Below, in pieces: positions 9,775 to 19,357 of a stretch of 64,000 nucleotides of DNA (positions within the stretch are counted from its first letter, which is position 1; each line of letters opens with the position of its first letter). This DNA comes from Candidatus Nanohaloarchaea archaeon (lineage in GTDB: Archaea; Nanohalarchaeota; Nanosalinia; Nanosalinales; Nanosalinaceae), in NCBI GenBank assembly GCA_014297435.1, contig JACOQA010000002.1:160001-224000 (forward strand). The letters run 5' to 3'. Under the pieces are notes generated by a model. That model saw only the letters and a program-made list of their open reading frames with translations. It had not been told where the DNA came from and searched no databases. The translations under genes were made by a program, and so were the position numbers.

Positions 9775-11062
9775 TGCCTTTTGTGATTCCATCATCTAGT
9801 TTATGTCTAATTTTCCTTCCTTCTATTATCAAAGCTTCATCCATACTCTTTAGGTCCTTTCTGCTTATCTGATTGAATTCTGCCCAGTCTGTCACTATAA
9901 GTGCTGCGTTCGAGTTCTCTATCGCTTTCTGGTAGCTTTCCGTGTACTCGATGTCGGGATGTCTTTCTTTCATGTTCTGGATTGCTTCTGGGTCATAGGC
10001 TTTAACATCAGCTCCTTTCTGTTTTAGTTCGGAGATTATATCGATTGCCGGACTCTGTCTTATATCGTCTGTTCCCGGTTTGAAAGCAAGTCCGAGAATC
10101 GCAACTGTCTTATTTTCAAGGCTGGGATAGTGTTCCTCTAGTAAATCTACGAGCCTGGTTTTCTGTTTCTCATTAACCTCTATAGTGCTCTCCGTTATCT
10201 TTGGGTCAACATTGTTTTTCTCCATGAAGTTGATTAGAGCTCTAACGTCTTTCGGGAAGCAAGATCCGCCGAAACCAGCTCCGGAGTCAAGAAAGCTCCT
10301 CTCTATCCGAGAGTCCATTCCGATTCCGTCTGCAACCTCGTAGACATCAATTCCAAGCTCTTTGCACATGTTTCCGATCTCGTTTATGAAAGATATTTTT
10401 GTTGCGAGTAAAGAGTTCGAGGCATACTTGATAAGCTCTGCAGCCTTTAGAGATGTCCTCATAATTGGAGCTTCGAACCCTTCGTAGACCTTCTCTAAGG
10501 TTTCTCCAGACTTTTCATCTAGCTCGCCAATAACTATTCTATCGGGTTCAAGAAAGTCGTTCAAAGCTGTTCCCTCTCTGAGGAACTCAGGGTTCATACA
10601 GACTCCGAAGTCCTTGCCCACTTTCTTTCCTGAAACTTCTTCGAGTATGGGTATTATCTCTTCCTCGGTGGTTGTCGGTACAACGGTGCTTTTCACGACA
10701 AAGACGTGGTAGCTGTCTTTGTTCTTAATTCCGTGAGCTGCGTCTTTGGTCGCTTGTTTGATGTAGTCGAGATTGATGTCCCCATCATCTTTCATGGGGG
10801 TACCAACAGCTAAAAATGTTATATCAGAGTCTCTTATTGCTTCTTCTGTATTGGTTGTTGCCCTGAGTTTATCTTCCGAAACCATCTTTTCTAGAAGTTC
10901 GGGCAGATCTTCCTCGTAGATCGGACATTCTCCGCTATTAATCTTATCGACTTTCTCTTGGTCGATGTCGATACAGGTCACATCGTGTCCTTTTGAGGCC
11001 AGCCCTGTTCCCGCGGGCAGACCTACGTAGCCGGTTCCGACGATACTTATATCCATAAACAT
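9761..11062 (-). CDS. ugd: UDP-glucose/GDP-mannose 6-dehydrogenase (AglM-like)
   Basis: GTGYVG, KSTV, NPEFLREG, GFGGSCFPKD, GLAFKPGTDD. Confidence 0.96.
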   Translation of the reverse strand: MFMDISIVGTGYVGLPAGTGLASKGHDVTCIDIDQEKVDKINSGECPIYEEDLPELLEKMVSEDKLRATTNTEEAIRDSDITFLAVGTPMKDDGDINLDYIKQATKDAAHGIKNKDSYHVFVVKSTVVPTTTEEEIIPILEEVSGKKVGKDFGVCMNPEFLREGTALNDFLEPDRIVIGELDEKSGETLEKVYEGFEAPIMRTSLKAAELIKYASNSLLATKISFINEIGNMCKELGIDVYEVADGIGMDSRIERSFLDSGAGFGGSCFPKDVRALINFMEKNNVDPKITESTIEVNEKQKTRLVDLLEEHYPSLENKTVAILGLAFKPGTDDIRQSPAIDIISELKQKGADVKAYDPEAIQNMKERHPDIEYTESYQKAIENSNAALIVTDWAEFNQISRKDLKSMDEALIIEGRKIRHKLDDGITKGINWP

Positions 11063-11109
11063 CAAATTTGAGAACAGCCATTTAAGCCTCTCGACCGAAA
11101 GTATTCTTA

Positions 11110-11835
11110 ATGAAAGGACTCATACCTGCGGCAGGTAAAGGTACACGGATGAAGCCTTTCACAAAGGCTTACCCTAAAGAGCTTCTGCCTGTTGGTGAAA
11201 AAGCCGTTATTGAACATGCAATAGAAGACCTCAAAAACGCAGGTATAGAGGAAATAGTAATTGTAGTAGGATGGAAGCAACACGCAATCCTTGACTACCT
11301 AGGTTCGGGTAAAGAAATAGGAGTTCAGTTAACTTATGTTGTTCAAGACGATAGAAATGGTCTTGCTGGTGCGGTCAAAGCGGGAGAGCATGTTATCGGT
11401 GATGAAGAATTTGCAGTTATTCTTGGAGACAATTATGTCGACAACAAGAAGTCCATGAAGGATATAGTCAATTTTCATGAAGAAAAAAACATGGATGCCA
11501 CTATAGGAACTTTCAAGCCCGACGATATAACCTCTTATGGGGTTATAGATCCTGGAGAGAACAATATTGTTAAGAGGATGGTTGAGAAACCTTCTAAAGG
11601 GGAGGCGCCTTCAAACATCGCGATCTCCGGAATGTATGTCTTCAAACCCGAAATCTTCAATACCATAGAAAAAATAGGGAGGGGCAAGGGCGACGAATAC
11701 CAGTTAACTGATGCGATTGACAAAATGAGGCAAAACGGTTCAAAAGTTGGCTACAGGAATATAAAGGGATCAAGGATTGATGTGGGGACGCCTGAAAGAC
11801 TGAGAGAGGCAAACAGAGAGTTTGATTTGAGGTAA
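11110..11835 (+). CDS. Sugar-1-phosphate nucleotidyltransferase (AglF/GalU/RmlA-like)
   Basis: AAGKGTRMKP, PKELLP, LGDN, VEKP, DVGT. Confidence 0.93.
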   Translation: MKGLIPAAGKGTRMKPFTKAYPKELLPVGEKAVIEHAIEDLKNAGIEEIVIVVGWKQHAILDYLGSGKEIGVQLTYVVQDDRNGLAGAVKAGEHVIGDEEFAVILGDNYVDNKKSMKDIVNFHEEKNMDATIGTFKPDDITSYGVIDPGENNIVKRMVEKPSKGEAPSNIAISGMYVFKPEIFNTIEKIGRGKGDEYQLTDAIDKMRQNGSKVGYRNIKGSRIDVGTPERLREANREFDLR

Positions 11836-11840
11836 TCGAT

Positions 11841-12647
11841 ATGAGCGCGGCTTTCGAGATATACAAGTACTATAGATATAAGTTCTATTCAAAGTACAGT
11901 CATCTAAAGGGCGCCACTTTCCTCCACCGTCAACTCAAAACTCTAGCTCAGAAAGGAATCGAGAAGTTTGATGGCAAAAGCGAATCCATTTTCGAAAAGA
12001 ATGACTGGGATAATTTGATTATTCTTGATGCTTGTCGATACGATCTATACAGGGAGGTAAACGGAGAAGTGGAAAAACGCATAACTCTTGGAAGCGACTC
12101 CCGTCAGTTTATAGAGGAAACATTCTCGGAGGGTGATTTCTCTGATGTGGTTTATGTCACCGCGAACCCGCATTTCTCCGCCTCAAACTTCAGAGAAAAC
12201 ATCGGAAGAGATGTCGAGGAAACATTCCACGAGGTATACCATACGTACGAGACGGACTGGAGTGAGGAAAACGGAACGGTGATGCCAGAGGCAGTGGTCA
12301 GGGATGCCAAGAACGCCAAAAAGCTTTTCCCGGATAAGAAACTGATAATTCACTTTATGCAGCCTCATCATCCGTTTGTTAACTTCGATATCGGAGATGA
12401 TACGGTTGAAAGCAATCCGTGGAGTCTTGCGGAGAGAGGGAAGCTTTCTGAGGAAAAGGTCTGGAAAATGTACCGAGACAATCTCGAGTTCGTGATGCCT
12501 TTCGCCGAACAGCTCTCGGAAGAACTTGGTGGAACTACCGTAATAACAGCAGATCACGGAAACCTGTGTGGTGAAAACGGGCTCTACCACCATCCTTACG
12601 GATCCGATGCTAAAGGCTTGAGGGAAGTTCCGTGGGATAAGAGGTGA
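11841..12647 (+). CDS. AlkP-superfamily sulfatase-like protein (short type)
   Basis: WDNLIILDACRYD, GSDS, TANPHF, HFMQPH, TADHG, HHP, VPW. Confidence 0.85.
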   Translation: MSAAFEIYKYYRYKFYSKYSHLKGATFLHRQLKTLAQKGIEKFDGKSESIFEKNDWDNLIILDACRYDLYREVNGEVEKRITLGSDSRQFIEETFSEGDFSDVVYVTANPHFSASNFRENIGRDVEETFHEVYHTYETDWSEENGTVMPEAVVRDAKNAKKLFPDKKLIIHFMQPHHPFVNFDIGDDTVESNPWSLAERGKLSEEKVWKMYRDNLEFVMPFAEQLSEELGGTTVITADHGNLCGENGLYHHPYGSDAKGLREVPWDKR

Positions 12648-13480
12648 AAAGATTGATTTGGACTAAATTGCATCGGATTTATTCTCATTATATTTTTCCC
12701 AAGGTAAAACACATCAGAGGAACCCATAGACTGATGACCGCAATTCTAAGTAGAGCCTGTGATACTTTGCCTAAAGCGGATGAAGAAGCAATTAAGATCG
12801 AGGAAATAAATTATGATAATTTGATAATTCTTGATGCTTGTCGATACGATCTTTATCAACAAGTAACTGGTAAAAAAGATTATAGAATCTCTACGGGAAG
12901 TAGCTCAAGAAACGTTGTTAAGAGGAATTTTTCAGAAGGCGACTGGTCCGATACCGTGATGATAACAGCAAATCCACACTTTAGTGATCGGCTCTTTGAA
13001 GAAATTACAGGAAGAGAATCGGATCAGGTATTTCACACGGTATTCAAATTATTCAACACGGAATGGAGTGAGGAGGAAGGAACTGTTCTTCCTAGGGATA
13101 TGGTAGATACTGCCCTAACTGCAGAAAAATTGTTCCCTGGTAAGAAAAAGATAATATGGTTTATGCAACCTCACTGCCCATTTATTCCTCTAGAATCTGA
13201 GGAATTAGATAATATTGAGGGTTTAGATTCGGAGGAAAATATCTGGGATAAGGCTGAGCGAGGGAAAATCGGAGATGAAATGCTTTGGACAGCTTACCTA
13301 AATAATCTGAAGTACGTGATGAAGGAGGTAGACGAACTAATAGATAAATTGGAAGGCAGAAGCGTAATCACTTCTGATCACGGCAACCTTGTAGGGGAAA
13401 GTGGTCTTTATGGACATCCTTTAGGTCAGGAAACAAAGGTTCTTAGAAAAGTACCTTTTGATGTCAGAGATCAGAATTAA
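12644..13480 (+). CDS. AlkP-superfamily sulfatase-like protein (short type)
   Basis: NLIILDACRYD, GSSS, FMQPH, TSDHG, YGHP, VPF. Confidence 0.85.
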   Translation: MKRLIWTKLHRIYSHYIFPKVKHIRGTHRLMTAILSRACDTLPKADEEAIKIEEINYDNLIILDACRYDLYQQVTGKKDYRISTGSSSRNVVKRNFSEGDWSDTVMITANPHFSDRLFEEITGRESDQVFHTVFKLFNTEWSEEEGTVLPRDMVDTALTAEKLFPGKKKIIWFMQPHCPFIPLESEELDNIEGLDSEENIWDKAERGKIGDEMLWTAYLNNLKYVMKEVDELIDKLEGRSVITSDHGNLVGESGLYGHPLGQETKVLRKVPFDVRDQN

Positions 13481-13505
13481 AACCATCTGAGGTGATTGGA
13501 TTACT

Positions 13506-14924
13506 ATGACAACCTATATTATAGGAATGGATGGGATGGATAAGCAAATTGTAGAAGAGAATATAGAGGAGTTTCCTAATCTGTCCGAATTAACTATAAC
13601 GGGTCTTGAATCGGTAACGCCGCCGATCACAGTCCCTGCATGGGCATGCTCGTTTTCAGGTTTGAATCCGGATAAGCTTGAGACTTTCGACTTCCAGATG
13701 GTTGACGTCAAGACCTATGAGTTCAGCCCGGCGAACCACGAGTTCTTGCAGAAGAAAGGCTTCTGGAACTACTGGAACGACTCCTCAACCATCTTCTCGA
13801 TACCAGGAACCGAGACACCGAAACTTGATGGTTATTCGCTTGGAGGGTTCTTCGACCTCGAGAACCTGGAAACGCATCCTGAAAGCCTGAGAGACGAAAT
13901 CGAAGAGGAGATCGGTGAGATAGAGATCACAAACATGTTCGACCTCAACAGTGAGAAAGAGAGAAGAGAGGCAGCCTATCACAACTTCGAGGTAAGGAAG
14001 AAAATATTCGATCTGTTATTAGAGAAAAACTCTGATGTTTACTTCCCGGTATTCAGACTTCCGGACACCATGATGCACCACACCGATAGTGAGAAGCACA
14101 TGGTCGAATCCTACAGAGAGGTAGATTCATTCGTAGGTGAGCTCAGAGACAAGATGAGCGAAGACGATAACCTGCTAATAGTGTCGGATCACGGCGCTGT
14201 AAAAGCTAAGAGAAGGTTCTTCATCAACACATGGCTCAAGCAAAATGGTTTTGCAAAGCAGAAGGAGGGAGAGGAGAATTCCTTCCTAGATGATTTGGCG
14301 ATGAAGCTGGGCGATATAGGTCAGAGACTTGGATTCAGAGATCTACTCGTAAAGCTAAATAATTTGGCGCAGGAGAAAGCCGGCAAGAACTTCGCACCTA
14401 GAAAGACCAAAGCTCTTGACTCGATGGCCTGGCAGGAGACGGAAGCGTTCTCTTACATGACAGGGGTCTGCGCATACGCAGGAATCTGGATAAACGATGA
14501 ACGTTTCTCGAAGGGAGTAGTTGAAAATACTCAGGAAAAGAAGCAGGAGATCGCATCAGAGCTGGAGAAAAGGAAGGAGGTAAACAAGGTTCGCTTTAGG
14601 GAAGAGGTATACGAGGAAGATATAGAGAAGTTCCCTGACCTTATAGTAGAGTTCTATGAAGACACGAAAGCAGCGTTGGGCTTTCATCCTGAGGTTACAG
14701 CAAGCGTCTCCAGCTATATGCACAGAAAAGAAGGCGTTTTAATGGCGGAAGGATCTAATATAGTCGATTCAGATGAGGAAGCTGAGCTTATCGATTTGGC
14801 GCCGACCTTGCTTCACCTACACGATTACCCTGTTCCGAATCACATGGACGGAGAAGTTCTAGAAATGGTCAAGAAGGGAGATGTGGAGAAAGAGGTGTCG
14901 GAGGTGGCAGGTCTCGATATATGA
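13506..14924 (+). CDS. AlkP-superfamily protein, nucleotide pyrophosphatase/phosphodiesterase-like (long type)
   Basis: IGMDG, SVTPPITVPAW (Thr nucleophile position), PDTMMH, SDHG, H...DLAPTLL. Confidence 0.88.
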   Translation: MTTYIIGMDGMDKQIVEENIEEFPNLSELTITGLESVTPPITVPAWACSFSGLNPDKLETFDFQMVDVKTYEFSPANHEFLQKKGFWNYWNDSSTIFSIPGTETPKLDGYSLGGFFDLENLETHPESLRDEIEEEIGEIEITNMFDLNSEKERREAAYHNFEVRKKIFDLLLEKNSDVYFPVFRLPDTMMHHTDSEKHMVESYREVDSFVGELRDKMSEDDNLLIVSDHGAVKAKRRFFINTWLKQNGFAKQKEGEENSFLDDLAMKLGDIGQRLGFRDLLVKLNNLAQEKAGKNFAPRKTKALDSMAWQETEAFSYMTGVCAYAGIWINDERFSKGVVENTQEKKQEIASELEKRKEVNKVRFREEVYEEDIEKFPDLIVEFYEDTKAALGFHPEVTASVSSYMHRKEGVLMAEGSNIVDSDEEAELIDLAPTLLHLHDYPVPNHMDGEVLEMVKKGDVEKEVSEVAGLDI

Positions 14925-15703
14925 TTGCCAAGATCTACAAGTTCTATCACTCGGAGTTCTATGAAAGGTTCAACCATCTAAAGGGAGCGCATTTCCTGAA
15001 CCGGAAGCTTAGCAGTCTGATAGACTTGGAGCTCGAAACAGTAGATGAAGAACCGACTCATATACGTGAGAGGGAGTGGAAGAACCTGATAATACTCGAT
15101 GCACTAAGGTATGATATTTACTCGGAGAAGTTCTCGGAATCTGACAGCATCACAAGCGTAGGGAGCCATTCTCGTGAGTTTATTAAGAACACCTTCTCCG
15201 AAGGAGACTGGTCCGACACTGTGCTCGTGACGGCGAACCCTCATCACTCCCCTGAATGGTTCGAGAACGCTACTGACAGAAAAATCGAAGATACCTTCCA
15301 TGCGATCTACAGGACTTATGAAACGGACTGGTCAAATGAAGGATCAGTCGGAGCTGATAACCTCGTGAGAGATGTGAAGAGCGCTAGGAAACTTTTTCCG
15401 GATAAGAAGATTATTGTTCACTTCATGCAACCTCACGCACCATTAGTCGGTTCCGATAAAGATACAGGTCATATAAGGTCTATGGGTGAGGGATCGAGAG
15501 AAGAGGCCGTTAAAGCTTACAGAGAAAACCTCGACTATGTTTTGGAGTATGTGAACGAACTAATGGAGTTCTTCGATGGTAGAACAGTAGTAACAGGAGA
15601 TCACGGTGAGTTGCTTGGAGAATGCGATTTTTACTTTAGACATTTCTACGGTCTAAACGCGAAACCTGTAAAGCAAGTACCTTGGCATTTAATTAACGAA
15701 TAA
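14921..15703 (+). CDS. AlkP-superfamily sulfatase-like protein (short type)
   Basis: WKNLIILDALRYD, GSHS, HFMQPH, TGDHGE, VPW. Confidence 0.85.
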   Translation: MIAKIYKFYHSEFYERFNHLKGAHFLNRKLSSLIDLELETVDEEPTHIREREWKNLIILDALRYDIYSEKFSESDSITSVGSHSREFIKNTFSEGDWSDTVLVTANPHHSPEWFENATDRKIEDTFHAIYRTYETDWSNEGSVGADNLVRDVKSARKLFPDKKIIVHFMQPHAPLVGSDKDTGHIRSMGEGSREEAVKAYRENLDYVLEYVNELMEFFDGRTVVTGDHGELLGECDFYFRHFYGLNAKPVKQVPWHLINE

Positions 15704-15770
15704 CTTTTGCCTTTGGACAGGAAGCACACCTTATTAAACTGCTTCAACATCAAGTCAAACGTGAGCGATT

Positions 15771-15983
15771 ATGGTAAAGATCGAAGTTGATGACGATATT
15801 TACAGCGTCTTAGAAGCCAGAGCTGCTGAAAAAGATTATGCGGAAACTGAAGAGTATATTGAATATCTTCTGAAGCAGATTGTTGATAAGATCAAAAGAG
15901 AGAAGCAGGAGGACGAAGGTTATTCAGAAGAGGAGGAAGAAAAGGTCAAAGAGAGACTAAAGGATCTGGGCTATTTGGACTGA
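15771..15983 (+). CDS. Small CopG/RHH-like protein with C-terminal KERLKDLGYLD tail
   Basis: N-terminal beta strand (VKIEVDD) plus two helices, acidic linker and LxxLGY tail; TATA-like TTATTAAA ~35 nt upstream. Confidence 0.75.
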   Translation: MVKIEVDDDIYSVLEARAAEKDYAETEEYIEYLLKQIVDKIKREKQEDEGYSEEEEEKVKERLKDLGYLD

Positions 15984-17527
15984 CGAATTAACAAGTCGGC
16001 AATTTTGTCCGCTTCCTCTCCTCTATTCATCCTTCTACCTATTCCAACTATAATATCTCTATCGTCTTCTTTTATGCCGCCCAGCAACACTAGGCAGGCT
16101 ACAAACATAACTCCAAAGATTATTCCTCCAGGAATCAAAGCCCAGACAGGGACAGTGTTCCAGAGAAGATTAAGTCCTAAGTAAACTAGGATTAGGCCAG
16201 GAACTGCAGCTACTACAGGTTTCCATGTGTCTCTGGAGAAGGGGTGGGTTCCTTCAAAGTAGTAGACTTCCAGAAGCAGTAGGGTGCTGATGAAGATTGT
16301 TGAACCTGCTGTGGCTAGTGCGGCGCCAATCATTCCCAAGCCCAGACCGAAGTCGGGTATTAGTACAAAGTTTAAAGCCATGTTCAGAGCTAACTGGGCT
16401 ATGCTGTTCCTGAAAAGTATATGGTTTTTCTCTATTGATTGCAGCACCTGGTCTAAGTGTCCGACTGCTGAGGAGTAGAGCTGTCCTACTGCTAAAATAA
16501 CGAGTACGTTCGAAGCCACGGTGTACTGGCTTCCGAAAAGTATGTGGAGTACTTGTTCTGAGAAGAGGAACATTAGCATGAAGGCGGGGAAGGCCAGGTA
16601 AAAAGTCCAACGTGTCAGGGTTTTCAGCATTTTTTTGAGTCCTTTGCCTTCTTTTTCGGCTTCGGACATGGAAGGCAGCGCTAAACTGTTGAAGGCTTTG
16701 TAAGGTATCATGATTAGTGCGGCGGTCGGCAGTGCGGCGTTGTAAAACCCTACTGTTGCATCGTCCATGAAGTAGCCTAGGAAAGCTGTGTCAGCCCAGC
16801 CCAGGATTGTACCTATCATTCCTGAAAGCACTAAAGGATACGAGTAACGGATCATTTTTCTTCTCTGGAAGTTTACTGATTCTTTTGATCTAATGATTGG
16901 TCCTACTTTGAACTCCATGAAGTAGAATCCTAGTAGGGAGGATAGTACGACCCCTAGCAGCCATCCTCCGGCGGCTCCCGCCACACCCCATCCAAGTACG
17001 ACAAAGCCGATTGTAAAGATTAGTTGTACGATGTTCTGGAAGAACTGGTTTGTGATAACCCGGTACTTCAACTGTTTGTAGGCTACGGTTGTTGAGATGC
17101 TTACACGGGAGAAGACTGAGAACGGCGGTACGAAAGCAAGTATCTTGATTACTGGAGCCACAGCAGGGCTTTTGAAGAAGTTTTGAGCTAGGAAATCTGC
17201 GGAGATAAACATCAGAACTCCCATGAATATTGAAACCGGTAAAGTAATGTTTAGTGCGGAGTAGACAGCGCCTTTGACTGAGGAGAGATCGTTGTCCATC
17301 CTATACTCGGGAACGTATTTTTTGATGGCTTGGTTGATTGCGAAGAGAGAGATTGTGGTTGCAATACCAAGTATCATCAGTCCTTGTGATAGCTGGCCGT
17401 AGGCGTCCGGACCAACCATTCTTGCGACTATGGCTCTGTAGAAGTATGTGAATATTTTCGAGGCGAACATTCCTACTCCTGTCAACACTGCGCCTTTTGC
17501 CAGCGTGTTCAGCCTCTGGTTGGCCAT
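15971..17527 (-). CDS. Oligosaccharide flippase (Wzx/AglR-like, MOP superfamily)
   Basis: ~14 hydrophobic segments, ARMVGPDAYG, DTAFLGYF...VGFYNAA; ATG 17527. Confidence 0.92.
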   Translation of the reverse strand: MANQRLNTLAKGAVLTGVGMFASKIFTYFYRAIVARMVGPDAYGQLSQGLMILGIATTISLFAINQAIKKYVPEYRMDNDLSSVKGAVYSALNITLPVSIFMGVLMFISADFLAQNFFKSPAVAPVIKILAFVPPFSVFSRVSISTTVAYKQLKYRVITNQFFQNIVQLIFTIGFVVLGWGVAGAAGGWLLGVVLSSLLGFYFMEFKVGPIIRSKESVNFQRRKMIRYSYPLVLSGMIGTILGWADTAFLGYFMDDATVGFYNAALPTAALIMIPYKAFNSLALPSMSEAEKEGKGLKKMLKTLTRWTFYLAFPAFMLMFLFSEQVLHILFGSQYTVASNVLVILAVGQLYSSAVGHLDQVLQSIEKNHILFRNSIAQLALNMALNFVLIPDFGLGLGMIGAALATAGSTIFISTLLLLEVYYFEGTHPFSRDTWKPVVAAVPGLILVYLGLNLLWNTVPVWALIPGGIIFGVMFVACLVLLGGIKEDDRDIIVGIGRRMNRGEEADKIADLLIRQSK

Positions 17528-17579
17528 ACACAGAAGGTTTGACTCCACCTTTATTACCGTTTGAATCCAACTCTAAACT

Positions 17580-18446
17580 ATGTCTGAGTTCGACAAAATG
17601 CTTGTAGTAGGGCTTGATGGGCTTGATTACAGGAAAATCCAGAAATACGACTGCAGCAACCTGATGCTTCAAACATTCGGAAAACTGGATACCCAAGGAC
17701 TGGCCTTGAAAACCCCGATGCTCTGGGCCTCAATAATAACCGGCAAAAGCCCTGGAGAACACGGAATCGATGACATGCTCGCGTTTAAAGGTGAAAAAGC
17801 AAGGAAGCTAGACGATTTAATGGACAGGTTCTTCGGTTTCTTCGGCAGATCAGGTCTACACCTAAGAAAGACCGTAAACTACTATCTTTACGACGACAGC
17901 ATCTCGGTTCCCGACAAAAACTACATGGAAACCGACTCTATCTTTGAAAAAGTCGCTGACTCGAAAGCTTTCGACATTCCAGGCTATTCCGAGTATCCTT
18001 ACATTTCCGGCAAGATGAATGTTGCTAAACTATCCCGTAAAAACCCTCCTGTCTCACGTAAACGCGTGAAGAGGGATATTGACGCCGAACATCTTTACAG
18101 GAAAGAGCAGCTGTTCGAAAATATCGGAGAACATACTCTTTTGATGCAGCATTTCCACTACAGCGACTGGCATCAACACATGTATCTCTCCGAGGAAAAA
18201 GATAGGCAATTATACAAAGAAATGGACGAGCTGGCTGGAAAGATACTTGAGAAAGCCGATGATGATACCTTAGTGGTTTTCTGTTCCGACCATGGTTTGG
18301 AAGATGGCGGGCATAGAGATGAAGCGTTTTTCTCGGTAAACACGGATATAGACGAGAACCAGAGTATTACAACACTTCTTGAGAGCTGTCTAGAACATGT
18401 TGACTACAAAAACAAGGAGGAAACCGTTGAATCAATCGAGGTCTGA
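17580..18446 (+). CDS. AlkP-superfamily protein
   Basis: VGLDG, KTPMLWASIITG, SDWHQH, SDHG, GGH. Confidence 0.83.
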   Translation: MSEFDKMLVVGLDGLDYRKIQKYDCSNLMLQTFGKLDTQGLALKTPMLWASIITGKSPGEHGIDDMLAFKGEKARKLDDLMDRFFGFFGRSGLHLRKTVNYYLYDDSISVPDKNYMETDSIFEKVADSKAFDIPGYSEYPYISGKMNVAKLSRKNPPVSRKRVKRDIDAEHLYRKEQLFENIGEHTLLMQHFHYSDWHQHMYLSEEKDRQLYKEMDELAGKILEKADDDTLVVFCSDHGLEDGGHRDEAFFSVNTDIDENQSITTLLESCLEHVDYKNKEETVESIEV

Positions 18447-18448
18447 AG

Positions 18449-19120
18449 ATGGATCTGGTCTTTCTAGGGATGAATCCGGCAGGAGAAAAAACACTGGAGT
18501 GGTTGAAAGAACGTGAAGACGTAGAATTACTGGTCTCGATAAAAGAAAAGAAAAATTTAGGTCTAATAGAAGAAGAGCGGCCGGAACTAGTTATTTCCTC
18601 GGGGTTCGAACACAAAGTACCAAAAGAGATACTTGAGGTTCCGGAAAAAGGGGTTGTCAACTTACATCCTTCGTTCCTACCTTTCAATAGAGGTGCGCAT
18701 CCTTATGTGTGGCCTTTAATCGATGGAACGCCGGCAGGGGTTTCTATACACTACATGAATGAAGGTATTGATGAGGGTCCTGTTATTTCGAGGAGGAAGG
18801 TTGAGAAAAAAGAGACGGATACTGCTAAAGATCTCTACGACCGTTTACAGCATGAAATGTTCCAATTATTCAAGGATTCCTGGAGGGATATAAAGAAAGG
18901 TGTTGAGGGTAGTGAACAGGATCTAGCTAAAGGAACTGTTCATAAAAGCAGTGATTTGGATGATTTAGCGAGTATTAATCCGAACGAAGAGTTTAAGGCT
19001 AAAGAGTTGGTTGATCTTTTACGGGCTTTAAGTTTTCCGCCTCACGGCATGGCTTCTATCGATGGAAAGTTTCTCGAACTGAATGTACGTGAAAATGTAG
19101 GAGACGAACCCAAGCACTAA
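18449..19120 (+). CDS. Formyltransferase (probable sugar N-formyltransferase)
   Basis: NLHPSFLPFNRGAHP, GVSIH...GIDEGP; glycan-cluster context. Confidence 0.88.
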   Translation: MDLVFLGMNPAGEKTLEWLKEREDVELLVSIKEKKNLGLIEEERPELVISSGFEHKVPKEILEVPEKGVVNLHPSFLPFNRGAHPYVWPLIDGTPAGVSIHYMNEGIDEGPVISRRKVEKKETDTAKDLYDRLQHEMFQLFKDSWRDIKKGVEGSEQDLAKGTVHKSSDLDDLASINPNEEFKAKELVDLLRALSFPPHGMASIDGKFLELNVRENVGDEPKH

Positions 19121-19121
19121 C

Positions 19122-19147
19122 TTAATAAACATGCATAAGTTATGCAT
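19122..19147 (+). promoter_or_regulatory. TATA box (TTAATAAA) followed by perfect inverted repeat ATGCATAA-G-TTATGCAT (candidate operator)
   Basis: TATA at 19122-19129; 8-bp arms at 19131-19147, ending 5 nt before the ATG of an RHH gene. Confidence 0.65.
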
Positions 19148-19152
19148 CTTCT

Positions 19153-19347
19153 ATGCCGAGGAAAACAATTTCTCTGCCTGAAGACCTCGCAGACTTCGTG
19201 GATGATAATCATATCAACCTCTCAAGATTCGTACAGGACAAACTAAGAGAGCTAGCAGAATCCGAAAACACCGAAGAAGAACTCTCCGAAGAACAAGCCA
19301 AGGAAATCGCGAAAAAACTCGAAAAACTCGGCTATCTAGACAGGTAA
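19153..19347 (+). CDS. Small RHH (CcdA/CopG-like) protein with C-terminal KKLEKLGYLDR tail
   Basis: RKTISLPEDL...INLSRFVQDKL is a typical RHH; acidic linker; LxxLGY tail. Confidence 0.8.
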   Translation: MPRKTISLPEDLADFVDDNHINLSRFVQDKLRELAESENTEEELSEEQAKEIAKKLEKLGYLDR

Positions 19348-19357
19348 AAACTATATT

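Noticed and set aside
15771-19347. The two RHH proteins as antitoxins of TA systems
   Set aside because: No adjacent toxin-like ORF (PIN, RelE, CcdB).
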